A DNA stretch of 64,000 nt from Entomortierella parvispora E1425 (GCA_020891255.1 BQFW01000015.1:1-64000); one strand, 5' to 3'. Counted from the stretch's first letter, positions 12,580 to 24,500 are shown. Program-made: numbers and translations. Notes: generated from the letters alone by a model not told the origin.

Positions 12580-12950
12580 TCTTGGTCCTGGCCCTCTTCC
12601 TGGTCCTGGCCCTCTTCCTGGTCCTGGCCCTCTTCCTGGTCCTGGCCCTCTTCCTGGTCCTGGCCCTCTTCCTGGTCCTGGCCCTCTTCCTGGTCCTGGC
12701 CCTCTTCCTGGTCCTGGCCCTCTTCCTGGTCCTGGCCCTCTTCCTGGTCCTGGCCCTCTTCCTAGTCCTGGCCCTCTTCCTGGTCCTGGCCCTCTTCCTA
12801 GTCCTGGCCCTCTTCTTGGTCCTGGCCCTCTTCCTGGTCCTGGCCCTCTTCCTGGTCCTGGCCCTCTTCCTGGTCCTGGCCCTCTTCTTGGTCCTGGCCC
12901 TCTTCCTAGTCCTGGCCCTCTTCTTGGTCCTGGCTCTTCCTAGCCCTGGT
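12580..12950. repeat. 18-bp minisatellite (cctggtcctggccctctt)n; two units shorter in copy B (~51513-51845)
   Basis: The spanning ORF is 190 aa in copy A and 178 aa in copy B, a 36-nt difference. Confidence 0.92.
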
Positions 12951-13389
12951 CCTCCTCTTGGCTCATTATTCTTGGCCAAACCCTCCTGACTGGATCTGAC
13001 AATGGACGGACTTTTCGCTTCCCTGCATAGTTGCTATTCACTTCTGTCCTGCGGGCTTGATCTTTTTTTTTTTTTTTGGCGGAAACAAAAAAAAAGCTTC
13101 ACTCCAGCGTGTTGTTCTGTCCACTTCTGCAGTAGGTGTTGCTTCTCAAGCGCTTGGTGTTGCTCTCTTCTTGGAAAAAGAATCCATGCTGATGTCCTTT
13201 TTGTTTTCTTGTTCACATAGACCACAGCCAGCCGGGCTTCTCGCTTCAGTGGTCTTTTTGGTTGGGCCTTCTCTCCCTTTGGAGACTGAGCTAGGAGGTC
13301 GATCTTGGTCTTTGCCTCTATTTGCTCTAGTTGTCACTGGTTGGCGCTCCATTCAATTATGACCATCATGTCACTGCATGTCGATTCCC

Positions 13390-14230
13390 TGTGGCCAAGT
13401 TGTTGATCTCGGCGCGGATCTTCCCCCCTGGCCGGCCCCCACCCACTCCCCCCGAGGGACTGGGGGCCAGGGGGGTTTTCTCCCACTCTGCCCATCCCTT
13501 TTGTGTGAGGGATGGGAGTTGGGATTGGGGGCTGATTCTGCAGCAGCAGCATCTGTTGCTATTGCCCCAGATGTCACCGATGGACGCTTCCTGCGCGCCA
13601 TCCACTCAAGCCCGTCGCATGTCGCTGCATGCTGATTCCCTTCAGCCAAGTTGTTGATCTCGGCGCGGATCCTCCCCCTCTGGCCGGCTCCTGCCCACTC
13701 CCCCCCGAGGGACTGGGGGCCAGGGGGTTTTTCTCCCCACTCTGCCCATCCCTTTTGTGTGAGGGATGGGAGTTGGGACTGGGAGCTGATTCTGCTGCAG
13801 CAGCCTCTATTGCTGTTGCCCCAGATATCACCGATGGACGCTTCCTGCGCGCCATCCACTCAAGCCCGTCGCATGTCGCTGCATGCTGATTCCCTTCGGT
13901 CAAGTTGTTGATCTCGACGTGGATCTTCCCCCCTGGCCGGACTCGCCACCCCACTCCCTTCTGAGGGAATGGAGTCCAGGAGGGGGGTTCTCTTCTCTTC
14001 TCTCCCCACTTGCTCATCTTCCTCACCTGTGAGAAATGAGATTTGGGGCTGACTCTGCTGCTGCTGCCCTCTGCCGCGGCTGCCCCAGATACCACCGATG
14101 GACGCTCCCTGCGGTCCATCCTTCAAGCCCATTGCAGACTGACTGCTCCAAGTTGGTCTGTTTTGCCCCCCCTCTGGCCGGCTTCCTCCCACTTCCCCCG
14201 GGGACTGGGGGCCAGAGGAGGTTTTAGCAG
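13390..14230. repeat. GC-rich ~250-bp tandem repeat, about 3.3 copies (also ~52290-53110)
   Basis: Units begin ccaagttgttgatctcggcgcggatc at ~13395, ~13645 and ~13898. Confidence 0.9.
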
Positions 14231-14934
14231 CCCTATCCATAGCCCACTCGTGAGCCGTGGCAATGGGGCTCGGGAGGCCACTCGCCATCAGCTATCCCAT
14301 TAGCTTGCACTTGCAGCTTCTTCTTGCGCCTTTCTGCTCACCGTTGCCGTTCAAGACTCTGCCAGCTTGCGCATCCCAGCTCGCCCATGCGAGCGCGCAA
14401 GCAAGGACTCTATTCCCCGCTCACCCCTACTTGGGGTGACATGGGCGGGCTTTCCTCCCATGCAGGCAGACAAGACAAGACAAGGACACCCTACTTTCCC
14501 CACCTTGCACCCTAACTTGGGTGCCCTGGGCATGGCTCACCCCAATCTGGGGTGTCCCCAGCGTAGGGTCTCCCCATTGCAGGGTTTCCCCATTGTAGGG
14601 TTTCTTCACCCTAAAGTCCGTCCACCCAGTCTCCCCCCAGAGACCCCAACTTTCCCCCTGACCCCCACTCAGGGGGGTCATTTGGGTGTGACCAAGAGAC
14701 CAAGAGTTGGAGAATGCCCTCATGCATCTTGTCAGGGTCGTGGATGCATGCGATTGGTCCGATCGGGTTCCATCGATCACGCCATCGTCAGGGTGGATTG
14801 AGATGGAGTAAGATGGAGCAAGATGGAAAAGATGAAAGAGATGCCCAACCTAATTTGGACCTCTTTCTCTTCTCTCCATTCTCTCCATTCCTCCATTCCA
14901 CCCACCCACCCCCACCAACAACAGCACTCCCACC

Positions 14935-15770
14935 ATGAACCGCCACGCTGCCCCCCAGCACTCCCCAGTGAGCTTCAAGACAGTTGTCCAAACCCCCAAG
15001 AAGGTCACCATCGACGACTTTGTTGGCGAGAATGGCCTGGTTCCCTTAACACAGGCCCACAGCCACCTTAAGGGCTCCATGATGAGTCCTAGACCCATGA
15101 ACCTCCGCCCCCGCCAGAGGCGGGCCTCCCCCACCCACACCGTCTTCGGCGGGTCCGATGACGAGGGGCAGGGGAGCGAGGACTCCAAGGAGGACAACCA
15201 CCAAGATGACGACGCCGAGATAACGGACCCTCCCTCGGGACAGGAGGACGAGACGGGGCAAGGCCATCACGTTGCTGACACCACGTACGTGGCTGATGCG
15301 GACGATGAGGCTACCCAACCATTGCCGGCGCTCGAGCAAGAACAAGACCTGTTGGAGATGGTGCCACAGAGCCCGCTGGAGACAATGGGGGGTGGACTCC
15401 CCCCCCTGTCACAGGCAGCGACTGGCACTGTCGACCAGGCGCCCGTGGTTGACGTTCACCAACCACAAGACGCCCCAACCCCTATGCATCCGAGGCAATA
15501 TACCCAGGCCCTGGAGACCTTCGTTCAGACTCTCCAAAGGCGCTTCGAGTATGTCGAAGCGCGCCTCAGGATACACGAGCAAGCCCAAGTAGGCGAACAT
15601 TCGGCGATGCAGGCTTGGATGACCTGGAGGACCAGTTCATGGATTTGAGTGATCAGATCTCTCATCACCTCTTCCGCCTCAGGCCACAGGCCCATCCCAA
15701 GCCCAAGCGTGCCCACTCCCGCCCCAAACCATACCACTCCCGCCCCGCCTCCAGGCGTGGCCCCAGATAG
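14935..15770 (+). CDS. Orphan protein of ~278 aa (acidic/disordered, coiled-coil-like, basic C-terminus); consensus of both copies
   Basis: Copy A lacks one A near 15610 and copy B has an extra G near 54143. The merged frame runs MNRHAAP..ALETFVQTLQRRFEYVEARLR..GLDDLEDQFMDLSDQI..RPASRRGPR*. Confidence 0.6.
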
Positions 15771-15821
15771 CCCCGTAAACCATCAAGCATTGAGCCGACT
15801 GGCATACCCCATTAAAGAATT

Positions 15822-15914
15822 AAAACCTAAAAAACCCTAAAAAACCCTAAAAAAACCCTAAAAAACCCTAAAAACCCTAAAAAACCCTAAAAAACCCTAA
15901 AAAACCCTAAAAAA
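15822..15914. repeat. Interstitial telomere-like tract (CCCTAAAAAA) x8 plus one variant CCT unit; complement of TTTTTTAGGG
   Basis: Read directly from the sequence; A runs are 5-7 nt. Identity as this organism's telomere repeat is inferred. Confidence 0.9.
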
Positions 15915-16065
15915 CTTAACCTTAATTTTAGGGTTTATTCGCCCTAAACTCGCGTATTTTAAACCGTTTTACGACGTCCTGCAGCGTTTATGCATCGTTT
16001 GCGCTATTCAGACCGACCCTACGATGCATTTTATGTTCTGTCCTAAAAAGGAAAGGTGTGAATAT

Positions 16066-16150
16066 TGGGTGGCTTAGACTTTCTGGACTATTAGGTAAAT
16101 CCTTTGTTTACTTTTGCTCCCTGGTTCGAATCCGGCTTCGGCCTTGCTTT
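16066..16150 (+). promoter_or_regulatory. Degenerate tRNA-like Pol III element (A box, B box, T run); also ~54890-54975
   Basis: GGTGGCTTAG ... GGTTCGAATCC ... TTTT; I could not fold a convincing cloverleaf. Confidence 0.45.
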
Positions 16151-17089
16151 TCTGAAGATAAAAATCTAACGCATTTTTTTCCTTCATAGAGATATGAGAT
16201 TTGGTGCATTACATAGCTCTTTTCACAAGTATTCTATGTAGCTAAAAACATTGTCAATCCGTAAGGTGGATCTTGAGCAATTGCATTTTGTGATTTCGTT
16301 TTCTGTGAAATTCGAACGCTCATTTCTGGAGATCTATGTTGACGACACAGGTGATTTTCATATGGGAAGGTGCCTATTCATCAAAGGTCTATATTGAAGA
16401 AGTAAAATTGACGGTTGACAATGTAGTTGATGCGTAATTGCTGTTCTTAGATTTCGTTTTTTTTTTTGAAAAAAAATAATTCTTTGGAGTGAAGTGGCGA
16501 GAAGAGCCGAAAGCCAGACGTTGACTCTCTCTCTCTCTTGAGTTCAGTCAAACAGTTTTACTCTCCTGATCGTGCATGTAGACGAGAGATCAGCTCGCGC
16601 AGTTGTCATGTAGGTTTTTTATTGAAGTTCTGCACACTGGACAAGACTAGGAACAAGTGGGGGAACGAGGTTGCAGCGCCTTTGTCTCAGAGCGGTTTCG
16701 TTCCTCGCTCATGTATGCTCTGTATGTGAGGCAGAGGAATTTACTAGCTGATGGTCGAGATGACTTACCTAAGAAGTGCCTGCGCCTGAATTACTGACTT
16801 CATGTTTCCTGCATGCATCTCATTTGTTGCAGGTCCACTTTGGTTCATGGTTAGGTTGAATGAGCTTGTCTGTATGATTACATGTAAAAAAAAGTTGTGG
16901 TTGACGACGGAGGAAAGGAGTAGCGAGCAACGTGTGAAAAAGGATGAAAATCGAGAAGAAATGCCCAGGCCTGTGACAACAGGGAGAGAAGAAGAGAGCA
17001 AAAACGATGGCAGGGGGCTGCAAGATGCGAAAGAAGTTAGTTTGATTCAAGAGAGGAGAAGGATGCACGAGAGGGGAGTGATGCAATGA

Positions 17090-17600
17090 AAGAGACGAGA
17101 CGAGGGAGAGACGAGAGAGACGAGAGAGAGGCGAGAGAGAGGCGAGAGAGAGACAAGAGAGAGGCGAGAGAGAGGCGAGAGAGAGACGAGAGAGAGGCGA
17201 GAGAGGCGAGAGAGAGACGAGAGAGAGACGAGAGAGAGGCGAGAGAGACGAGAGAGAGACAAGAGAGAGGCGAGAGAGACGAGAGAGAGACAAGAGAGAG
17301 GCGAGAGAGACGAGAGAGAGACGAGAGAGAGGCGAGAGAGAGACAAGAGAGAGGCGAGAGAGAGGCGAGAGGGAGACGAGAGAGAGGCGAGAGAGGCGAG
17401 AGAGAGACGAGAGAGAGACGAGAGAGAGGCGAGAGAGACGAGAGAGAGACAAGAGAGAGGCGAGAGAGACGAGAGAGAGACAAGAGAGAGGCGAGAGAGA
17501 GGCGAGAGAGACGAGAGAGAGGCGAGAGAGGCGAGAGAGAGACGAGAGAGATGCGAGAGAGACGAGAGAGAGGCGAGAGAGACGAGAGAGAGACAAGAGA
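17090..17600. repeat. GA-rich minisatellite (GAGAGAGGC/GAGAGAGAC variants); differently expanded paralog at ~55890-56490
   Basis: Direct reading; it produces the spurious stop-free ORFs on both strands. Confidence 0.95.
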
Positions 17601-19042
17601 GTGGGATGCAAGAGCTGAGTGGGATGCAAGAGAGTGGGATGCAAGAGCTGAGTGGGATGCAAGAGACGAGATGGATGCAAGGGATGAGTTGGATGTAAGA
17701 GACCAGTTGGATGGATGCAAGAGAAGAGACCAGTTGGATGCAAGGGATGGGTTGAGAGATGGCATGAGATGGATGGCAAGGGAAGGGAAAAAAGAAACAA
17801 GTTCCATCTCCCCTCGACCTTAACAAATCCAAAAGAACAATGGGAAAAGGACAGGAGGGAGAGAGGAGGAGGGACAGGAGGGAGAGAGGAGGAGGGACAA
17901 GAGGCAAGAGAAGAAAGGGACAAGAGGGAGGAGGAAGACGGACAAGAGGAAGAGACGGACAAGACAAAAGACGGACAAGAGGAGAACGGACAAGAGAGAA
18001 AAAAAGGGACGGACAAGAGAAAAGACGGACGACGGACAAGAGGGAAAAGAGACGGACAAGAGGGAAAAGAGACGGACAAGAGGGAAAAGAGACGGACAAG
18101 AGGGAGAAGACAAGATGGAGAGGACAAGAGGGAGAGGACAAGAGGGACATGGGCAACAAGACAACAGACATGCGACAACAGCCGAGACCGACGACAGCTG
18201 TAACAAACGATCCGAAGCGGACAACAAAAAAAGATGTCAAGCAGGTCTTTGTCTTCTGCAAAGTGCACATCCCAAGATCAGATCTCCCCGCCCTTGGGTA
18301 GGCATGCGCAACCCGTGGGGAAGTAGGCAGGAGAGAGAGAGAGAGATAGGAGGGAAGTTCGAGAGGGAAGTTCGAGAGGGGAGAGGGAGGGAAGAGAAGG
18401 ACAGACAACGAAGCGCGAGAGAAAAAAAAATCAGGACTCCTCAGGGACAATCAACAGTGGGCAGGACAGGAACAAAAAAAGACAGAGATTCCTTTTCATT
18501 CCTGCAGCGTTATTCCTCTGCCACCTCCTTCCAGGCCTTGCGCTTGTCTTCCGTTGACAGGGGCCGTTGACGCGTTGCCTTTGGAGTCCACTATACTAGA
18601 CTCTTTAGTTCCCAAGGAACATTGAAGGGCCATGGGGTGAGTAGTGCGGCACCTGGAGGCTGGGGGATGTGCAAGGAAAGAGGTCTAGGGTTGAGTGTGG
18701 GACTGTGGAGCAAGCAAACATTTAAGCGTGGTGAGAAACAGGCGCCGCTGCTTTAAAATTTGCCAGGAAGCGGCCAAGGACTGGAGGAGGGGCGCAAAAA
18801 AAAAAAAGGGAGAAGATGCATGAATCTCGCAAGAACGGCGGCCCATGCCGCAAAATGCCTCAAAACGCCAATTCGACCTTAAAAAAAGGGACGATACTAT
18901 GAGTTTGGATGCCGTAAAATGCCTCAAAACGCCAATTCGACCTTAAAAAAAGGGGGGAGAAGGCAAACATAAAGAAGAGGACAGCCAAGAGCAACCTTCT
19001 CTTCACACTCCTTCCCTTTACCACAACTCTCTCACTTCCACT

Positions 19043-19845
19043 ATGCCCAGACAAGCCCAATGTCAAGGCAATCGTTGCACCGCAAAGAACCCCGATGCAG
19101 CGCATGCAAGACGGTACCACGATAATTCAACTCCTGTCTCGTTTCAGTCATGTTGGACAGGCCGGTTGGTGACAACGTTCAGATCTGGCGATCTCGAGAA
19201 TTATCGTTGCGAGCATCGTCTCTGCGACTTTTCCACACCTCTCAGGTCGAGTTGCATCTCGCACCACAAAACGTGCAAATTTTTTATCGATGACAACAAG
19301 GGAGCAAGGGTTGAAGAGATAATTTCATCAAACCGCTCCTCGTTCAATAATACCAGTCAAACAGCAGAAGCAGGAAGTTCCTCCACCATCTTTTCTGCTC
19401 AGCCCAGTCAAGAGGCGCGTCTGCATCCCCAGGCCAGCGCCTCTTCTGCTCGGCCCGCGCGTCTGAATTCCACCGCCGCCGTCTCTTCTGTTCGGTCCGC
19501 TCGTCTGCGTTCCTCCGCTTTCCCCTCTGTTCGGCCCAACCAAGAAGCACGTCTGCAGGGTAAGGCCATCCGTACAAAAGTTGTGTTCCTATCTGTAGTG
19601 CTAATTGCCAATTTACTTTAGGATCTTTACTCGAGCAAACCCCGGCCAATACCGTTGTTGGTCCGTCCATTATTGAAGGCGAGATATACAGATCAATGTT
19701 TCAGGCCCTGGCTAACAGAGTTGATGAGTCGATCCAGAACGGCATGACACGAATGGAGGGCATTAGTCCGCCTCAAAGTCAGGAGCACGTTTTGTACACT
19801 GTGCTGGGATCAAATTCTTCAAAGGGGATTTCGTGCCCACCTTGA
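19043..19845 (+). CDS. Two-exon Cys/His-motif (Zn-finger-like) protein, ~246 aa; intron 19560-19621
   Basis: MPRQAQCQGNRC..HARRYH..CEHRLC..HHKTC. The GTAAGG..GCTAAT..TTAG intron keeps the frame to TGA at 19843-19845. Confidence 0.65.
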
Positions 19846-20309
19846 TTTGGAAAACGGACCGGCGAAACGAACCGTTCCACATAAACATGAAAACGTTCCA
19901 GCGAAAAAACTTAGAAGACCCGCAGCTTCGCGAGCACGCACGAGAGGGACAGGAGTCGTATCGCTGGATTGGGCTGGCCAGGGCTTCCCCCATAAAGTGT
20001 TTTTTGTCTTTGATTGAGGAATCAGAAAGTTCTTAGATGGCCCAGCTCTGCACTACAAAAGAAGATGGTGCGATTCCGCTCGGTGAAGAGCGCGCAGTGT
20101 GAAAAATTAACGTACTACAACATGTACCTCTCATCTTTCGCCTCGTCCCGGGTCCCCAGTCTCGTTTTCATCCTCGTCCCCGACCTCGCTCCATCCTCAC
20201 CTCCTAACCCCTCTCCATCCTCACCTCCCAACCCCTCCATCCTCACCTCCCAACTTCGCTCCATCCTCACCTCCCCAACTTCGCTCCCCAACTCGCCTAA
20301 TTTCCGATC

Positions 20310-21540
20310 GTCAGAAAGCTTTGCGAGATCTGGAACAAGCGTTTTTGCTTGGAGTCCTTGAAGCTGAAATAAATACCAATTCGAGCCACGACTCAGAAAA
20401 CACCTCAGAAAACGACTCAGAAAGCGACGAGGACAGCAGCTCAAGTAGCGGTTCGGATGGAACCATCACCAGCGATTCTGAGAGTGACTCTGATCGCGAA
20501 TGGGAGCTTGTGAGGCATATCTACATTAGCCATGTTTCTATTACAGAATCTCGGTATTTTGATAGACCCATAACACACCGACAAGTCGACAACTACTTTT
20601 TCACAACCAAGTTTTATTCTTACACGGACGGTGAATTTCGACAACATTTCCGTATGGATAAAAATTCCTTTTCAGCTATCGCAGTCATTATAGGGCCTCA
20701 CCCCGTTTTCCAGAACTCCTCACGGTGCCGCCAACTACATCCGTTTTGGCAATTGGCGGTGACACTTGAACGATTCGGACACTACGGTAACAGGGTGTCA
20801 GAGAATATGTTGGCCAGTGATTTTGGCATCAGCCCAGGATCTGTTGTCTTGTGCACCAACAGGGTAATGACTTGATACATACGTAAAGGGAGAAGCACAG
20901 TCGGCTGATGCGCAGGGAGGGTTTCCCTGGTTGTGTTGGCTTCATTGACGGAACCACAATTCCACTTATCTGGTGCTCTTTTCCAGTGTCGTAAAAGGAT
21001 GTCCTCTAAACTGCAAAAATATGACGGTGGGATAGGTACTCAGTCAATGCTCAAATCGTTTGTAACATGGATCGAGAGATCATCGCTGTTCATGTCGGCT
21101 GCCCTGGCTCTTCTTCAGACTCAAAAGTCTTCAGTAGAATGGATCAGTATAAATTGCCAGAGGACCATTTCTCTCCAGGACAGTTTCTGATTTCTGATTC
21201 GGCCTACGGGGCCACCACATTTTGTGTCCCTGCCACAAAGTCCCCCGAGGCAGACATCAACACCCTTCAAAATGAGCACTGCAACTCGATTTTAAAGAGA
21301 TGAGGCATCAACTCCAGAACGACCGCAGCATGAGACAACTTTGCTTCTGGGTCTTGTCCTGCAGCGTTCTACACAACATGTTGGCCAAACTAGGCGATAA
21401 GTGGACAGATCCAGTGGATGCCCGCCCGGTAGCGTCAATATTTGATCCCCATTTTCAAGGTACAACGGGAGGTGGAGCATTCCGCGAAGCGTTAAAGAAG
21501 ACAACACTCGAGACAAACAGAGCACAGGGCAGATAAATTT
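20310..21540 (+). pseudogene. Degenerate PIF/Harbinger (HARBI1-like DDE) transposase
   Basis: EFRQHFRMDK, QLAVTLERFG, GFPGCVGFIDGT, YSVNAQIVC, GCPGSSSDSKVF, FLISDSAY, CSVLHNM; contains stops, frameshifts and deletions. Confidence 0.88.
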
Positions 21541-24500
21541 TTTTTCAGTGATGTAAACAATCGGAACTTGTCCCTAACGAAGGCGATCTTCCATTCGATT
21601 GGATCGAAGGCTACCTTCTCCGTTAGCTTGATACAGTAAAAGATGGCGTTCACTTTCATTTCCTCCTTCAGTTCCGCAAAGTCGAACATCAACACCCTTC
21701 AAAGCAACTGGATTTTCACCACCTCCAAGTTCAATAGCGACATCGGAACTTGAAGGCGATCTTCCATTCGATAATTCACATTCGAGGTGAACAAAATATT
21801 ATGAGGACCTCTTCCAATAAAACCAGCTGTAGATCAAAGTGTTGAGAGCGCTCATTGCTAAAACTCAGAAGACAGGACCGCGCTGTGCTCGGATGACGTT
21901 GTGCAAACAGTTGAAGCTGGCGGGGCAGGTCCTTGGAATCAGTGTTGGACTATTGAAGAGCTAGCCTACTGGGATGGATCCAGGCACAAGAAGGGCGATT
22001 ACGATGGGAGTGCAAGGAAACCGAGAATGCAAAGAGGAAGGTAGAGAAGGGACAACCAAATGGACAGATGGACATGGGAGTCTTTCTGTCTTTCCGTCTG
22101 GAGACAACAGCGGATCCGACAACAAACGAGACAGGAACAACAGTTCATGCGGAGTCCAGATGCAGGAGACAAGAGATGCGAAGAGACGAGTTGGATGCAA
22201 GAAGAATGCAAGAGAAGAAGCAAGAGAAGAGACGGGTTAAACGCAAAGAACGAATTGGATTCTACGAAATGAGAAATGAATTGGATGCAAGCAGTGAAAA
22301 AAGATGCAAGAAGCGAGTCGGATGCGAAAGAATAGAGCGAGGGAGACACGGACAAGAGAAGAGACGGACAAGATAAAAGACGGACAAGAGGAGAACGGAC
22401 AAGAGAGAGAAAAAAAAAAGACGGACAAGAGAAAAGACGGACGACGGACAAGAGGGAAAAGAGACGGACAAGAGGGAAAAGAGACGGACAAGAGGAAAAG
22501 AGACGGACAAGAGGGAGAAGACAAGATGGAGAGGACAAGAGGGAGAGGACAAGAGGGACATGGGCAACAACAGACAAGCGACAACAGCCGAGACCAACAA
22601 CAGCTGTGACAAACCATCCTCAAGCGGACAACAAAAAAAAACGATGTCGTGCAGGTCCTTGTCTTCTGCAAAGTAGAGAGACGGAAGAGAAGGACAGACA
22701 ACGAAGCGCGAGAGAAAAAAATCAGGACTTCTCTGGGACAATCAACAGCGGGAGGAAAAGGACACGGGAGGGAAGAGTAGCAGGACAGGAACGAAAAAAA
22801 GACAGATTCCACTCCTTCCTCGACCGTTCCTCATCTCCTGCTATAGTGGACTCCAAAGGCAACGCGTCGTGCAAGGAAACCGAGAATGCAAAGAGCAAGG
22901 TACAGAAGGGACAACCAAATGGACAGATGGACATGGGAATCTTTCCGTCTTTCCGTCTGGAGACAACAGCGGATCCAACAACAAACGAGACAGGAACAAC
23001 AGTCCACGCGGAGTCCAGATGCAAGAGACAAGAGATGCGAAGAGATGAGTTGGATGCAAGAAGAATGCAAGAGAAGAAGCAAGGGAAGAGACGGGTTGAG
23101 CGCAAAGAACGAATTGGATTCTACGAAATGATGCAAGCAGTGAAAAAAGATGCAAGAAGCGAGTTGGATGCGAAAGAATAGAGGGACGGAGACACGGACA
23201 AGAGAAGAGACGGACAAGAGGGGGAAAAGAGAAGAGACAGACAAGAGGGAAGGACAAGAGGGAAGGACAAGAGGGACAACAGGGACGGACAGCGGTCGGA
23301 CACAGGGGGAGGGAAAAAAAAGACAGAAACATGGGCAAGGCCTGTCCATTATTCTTTCTTCTCCTTCCTTGACCGTTCCATCTCATCTCGGACTATCTCA
23401 TCTCCTACCTCGCTCTTCCATCTTGCCACCTGCATCCATGCCATGCGCTTGCCTTCCATTGGTCTTGCGCCGTCCATCTTGTCGCCTCCATCTTTCTCGA
23501 CTCTTACATCCTCTCCGTCCTTTGTGTCCATCTCATCTCTTTCATGGTCCATGTCCATGATGCTCTTCTTTCCTATTGCATCCCACAACTCCCTCCTCCG
23601 CACCATCTCTTTGAAAGGCTGAGGCGGGAAGGTCAATTGAGAGGGTCTCAAAATGAGAGAGTAGATGGCGCGATGAGAAAAGTAGATGGCGTGAGGAGAA
23701 AAGTAGGAGAAAAGTAGATGGCTAGAAAAAAATAAATAGATACCGAAAGAGGAGAGAAGCGCAGATGAGTGGCTGCTAGAAGGATAGGATACGGGTGAGT
23801 CGCGCCAGAGACGAGCGCGTTTTCATGGGTCGCGTCAACATAAAAACCGCGGACAGGGAGGGCCCAGCACAGATTTTTTTTTACAGGGCCCTAGCACGGA
23901 CTATTTTACTGCCAATTGAAAACTGGTCAATATCCATTCTTGTCTCGTCCCCACTTCGTTCGAGTGCGTCTCGCCTGTTTACTCGGCGTTTCTATAACAC
24001 TACCAAAGAGATTATTCTTGCCAAAGCATCCGCAAAGGAGGCCACAGCACAAGCTGCAAGAATAAAAAAAAAAAAAGCAAAAGTGTATAGGTATATGATA
24101 TCCAGGATCTACATCGCAAACAACATCCCACTGCCGGGTTGCCCGGCCATTAGAGCCTTCTATCGGAACCCCTCTTTGTTTCCATGACGGGGTGATCGCG
24201 ATGGGTTACAACAAGGGTACTTAGTCATGACTTCATAGGCAAGATGGAGGAGATTTATTCTTTGGACATACGTCCCATGGCAGAACAAAAGGCGTGAGGG
24301 TTGACTTGTGTAGTCTACTGTATTAATTGCGTGAGCAGGGGGTCATTGAAGCCTCCATCAACTGAGTAGAGTAGTGTGTTCTCGACCATCCTACCACCCC
24401 AAGCGAATAGACAAGATGGAATAGATCTTCTACAAGAGAAATGGTCATTGAGCTTGCCAAGAAACATGCGAGCAACGTTATTTGGTATGGTAGTTGGCGA

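Larger units (their letters stand above)
7230..13340 (+). pseudogene. Intron-rich array of diverged exon/intron modules with no long intact ORF (also ~46180-52235)
   Basis: At least 12 GT(A/G)AG..TTCT(A/G)AC..YAG introns, e.g. 7287-7361, 7436-7534, 8257-8334, 9090-9228, 9401-9497, 9545-9647, 10541-10700, 10896-11049, 11474-11556, 12349-12512, 13132-13220. Three paralogous modules at ~8600-9230, ~10000-10700 and ~11850-12510. Confidence 0.55.
1..15835 (+). repeat. Segmental duplication copy A (left end lies outside the window); near-identical to 38909-54740
   Basis: Position 1 (gcggacagggagggccc) matches 38909, and colinearity holds to the telomere tract. Differences are mainly homopolymer indels, a few substitutions and two 18-bp repeat units. 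Confidence 0.95.

Noticed and set aside
12371-12989. PGPGPL, LVLALF and RKRART repeat proteins
   Set aside because: All frames of an 18-bp minisatellite are open, so coding cannot be supported.
15822-15950. Telomere-telomere fusion site
   Set aside because: A fusion would read (TTTTTTAGGG)n then (CCCTAAAAAA)n; here the order is reversed and only one G-strand unit is present.
16066-16150. Functional tRNA gene (also 24640-24725)
   Set aside because: B boxes are present but no valid anticodon arm or full cloverleaf could be folded.
16820-18450. Long ORFs of 245-482 aa rich in L/S/R/E (also 55622-57275)
   Set aside because: They come from stop-free GA/TC minisatellites and are open in several frames on both strands.
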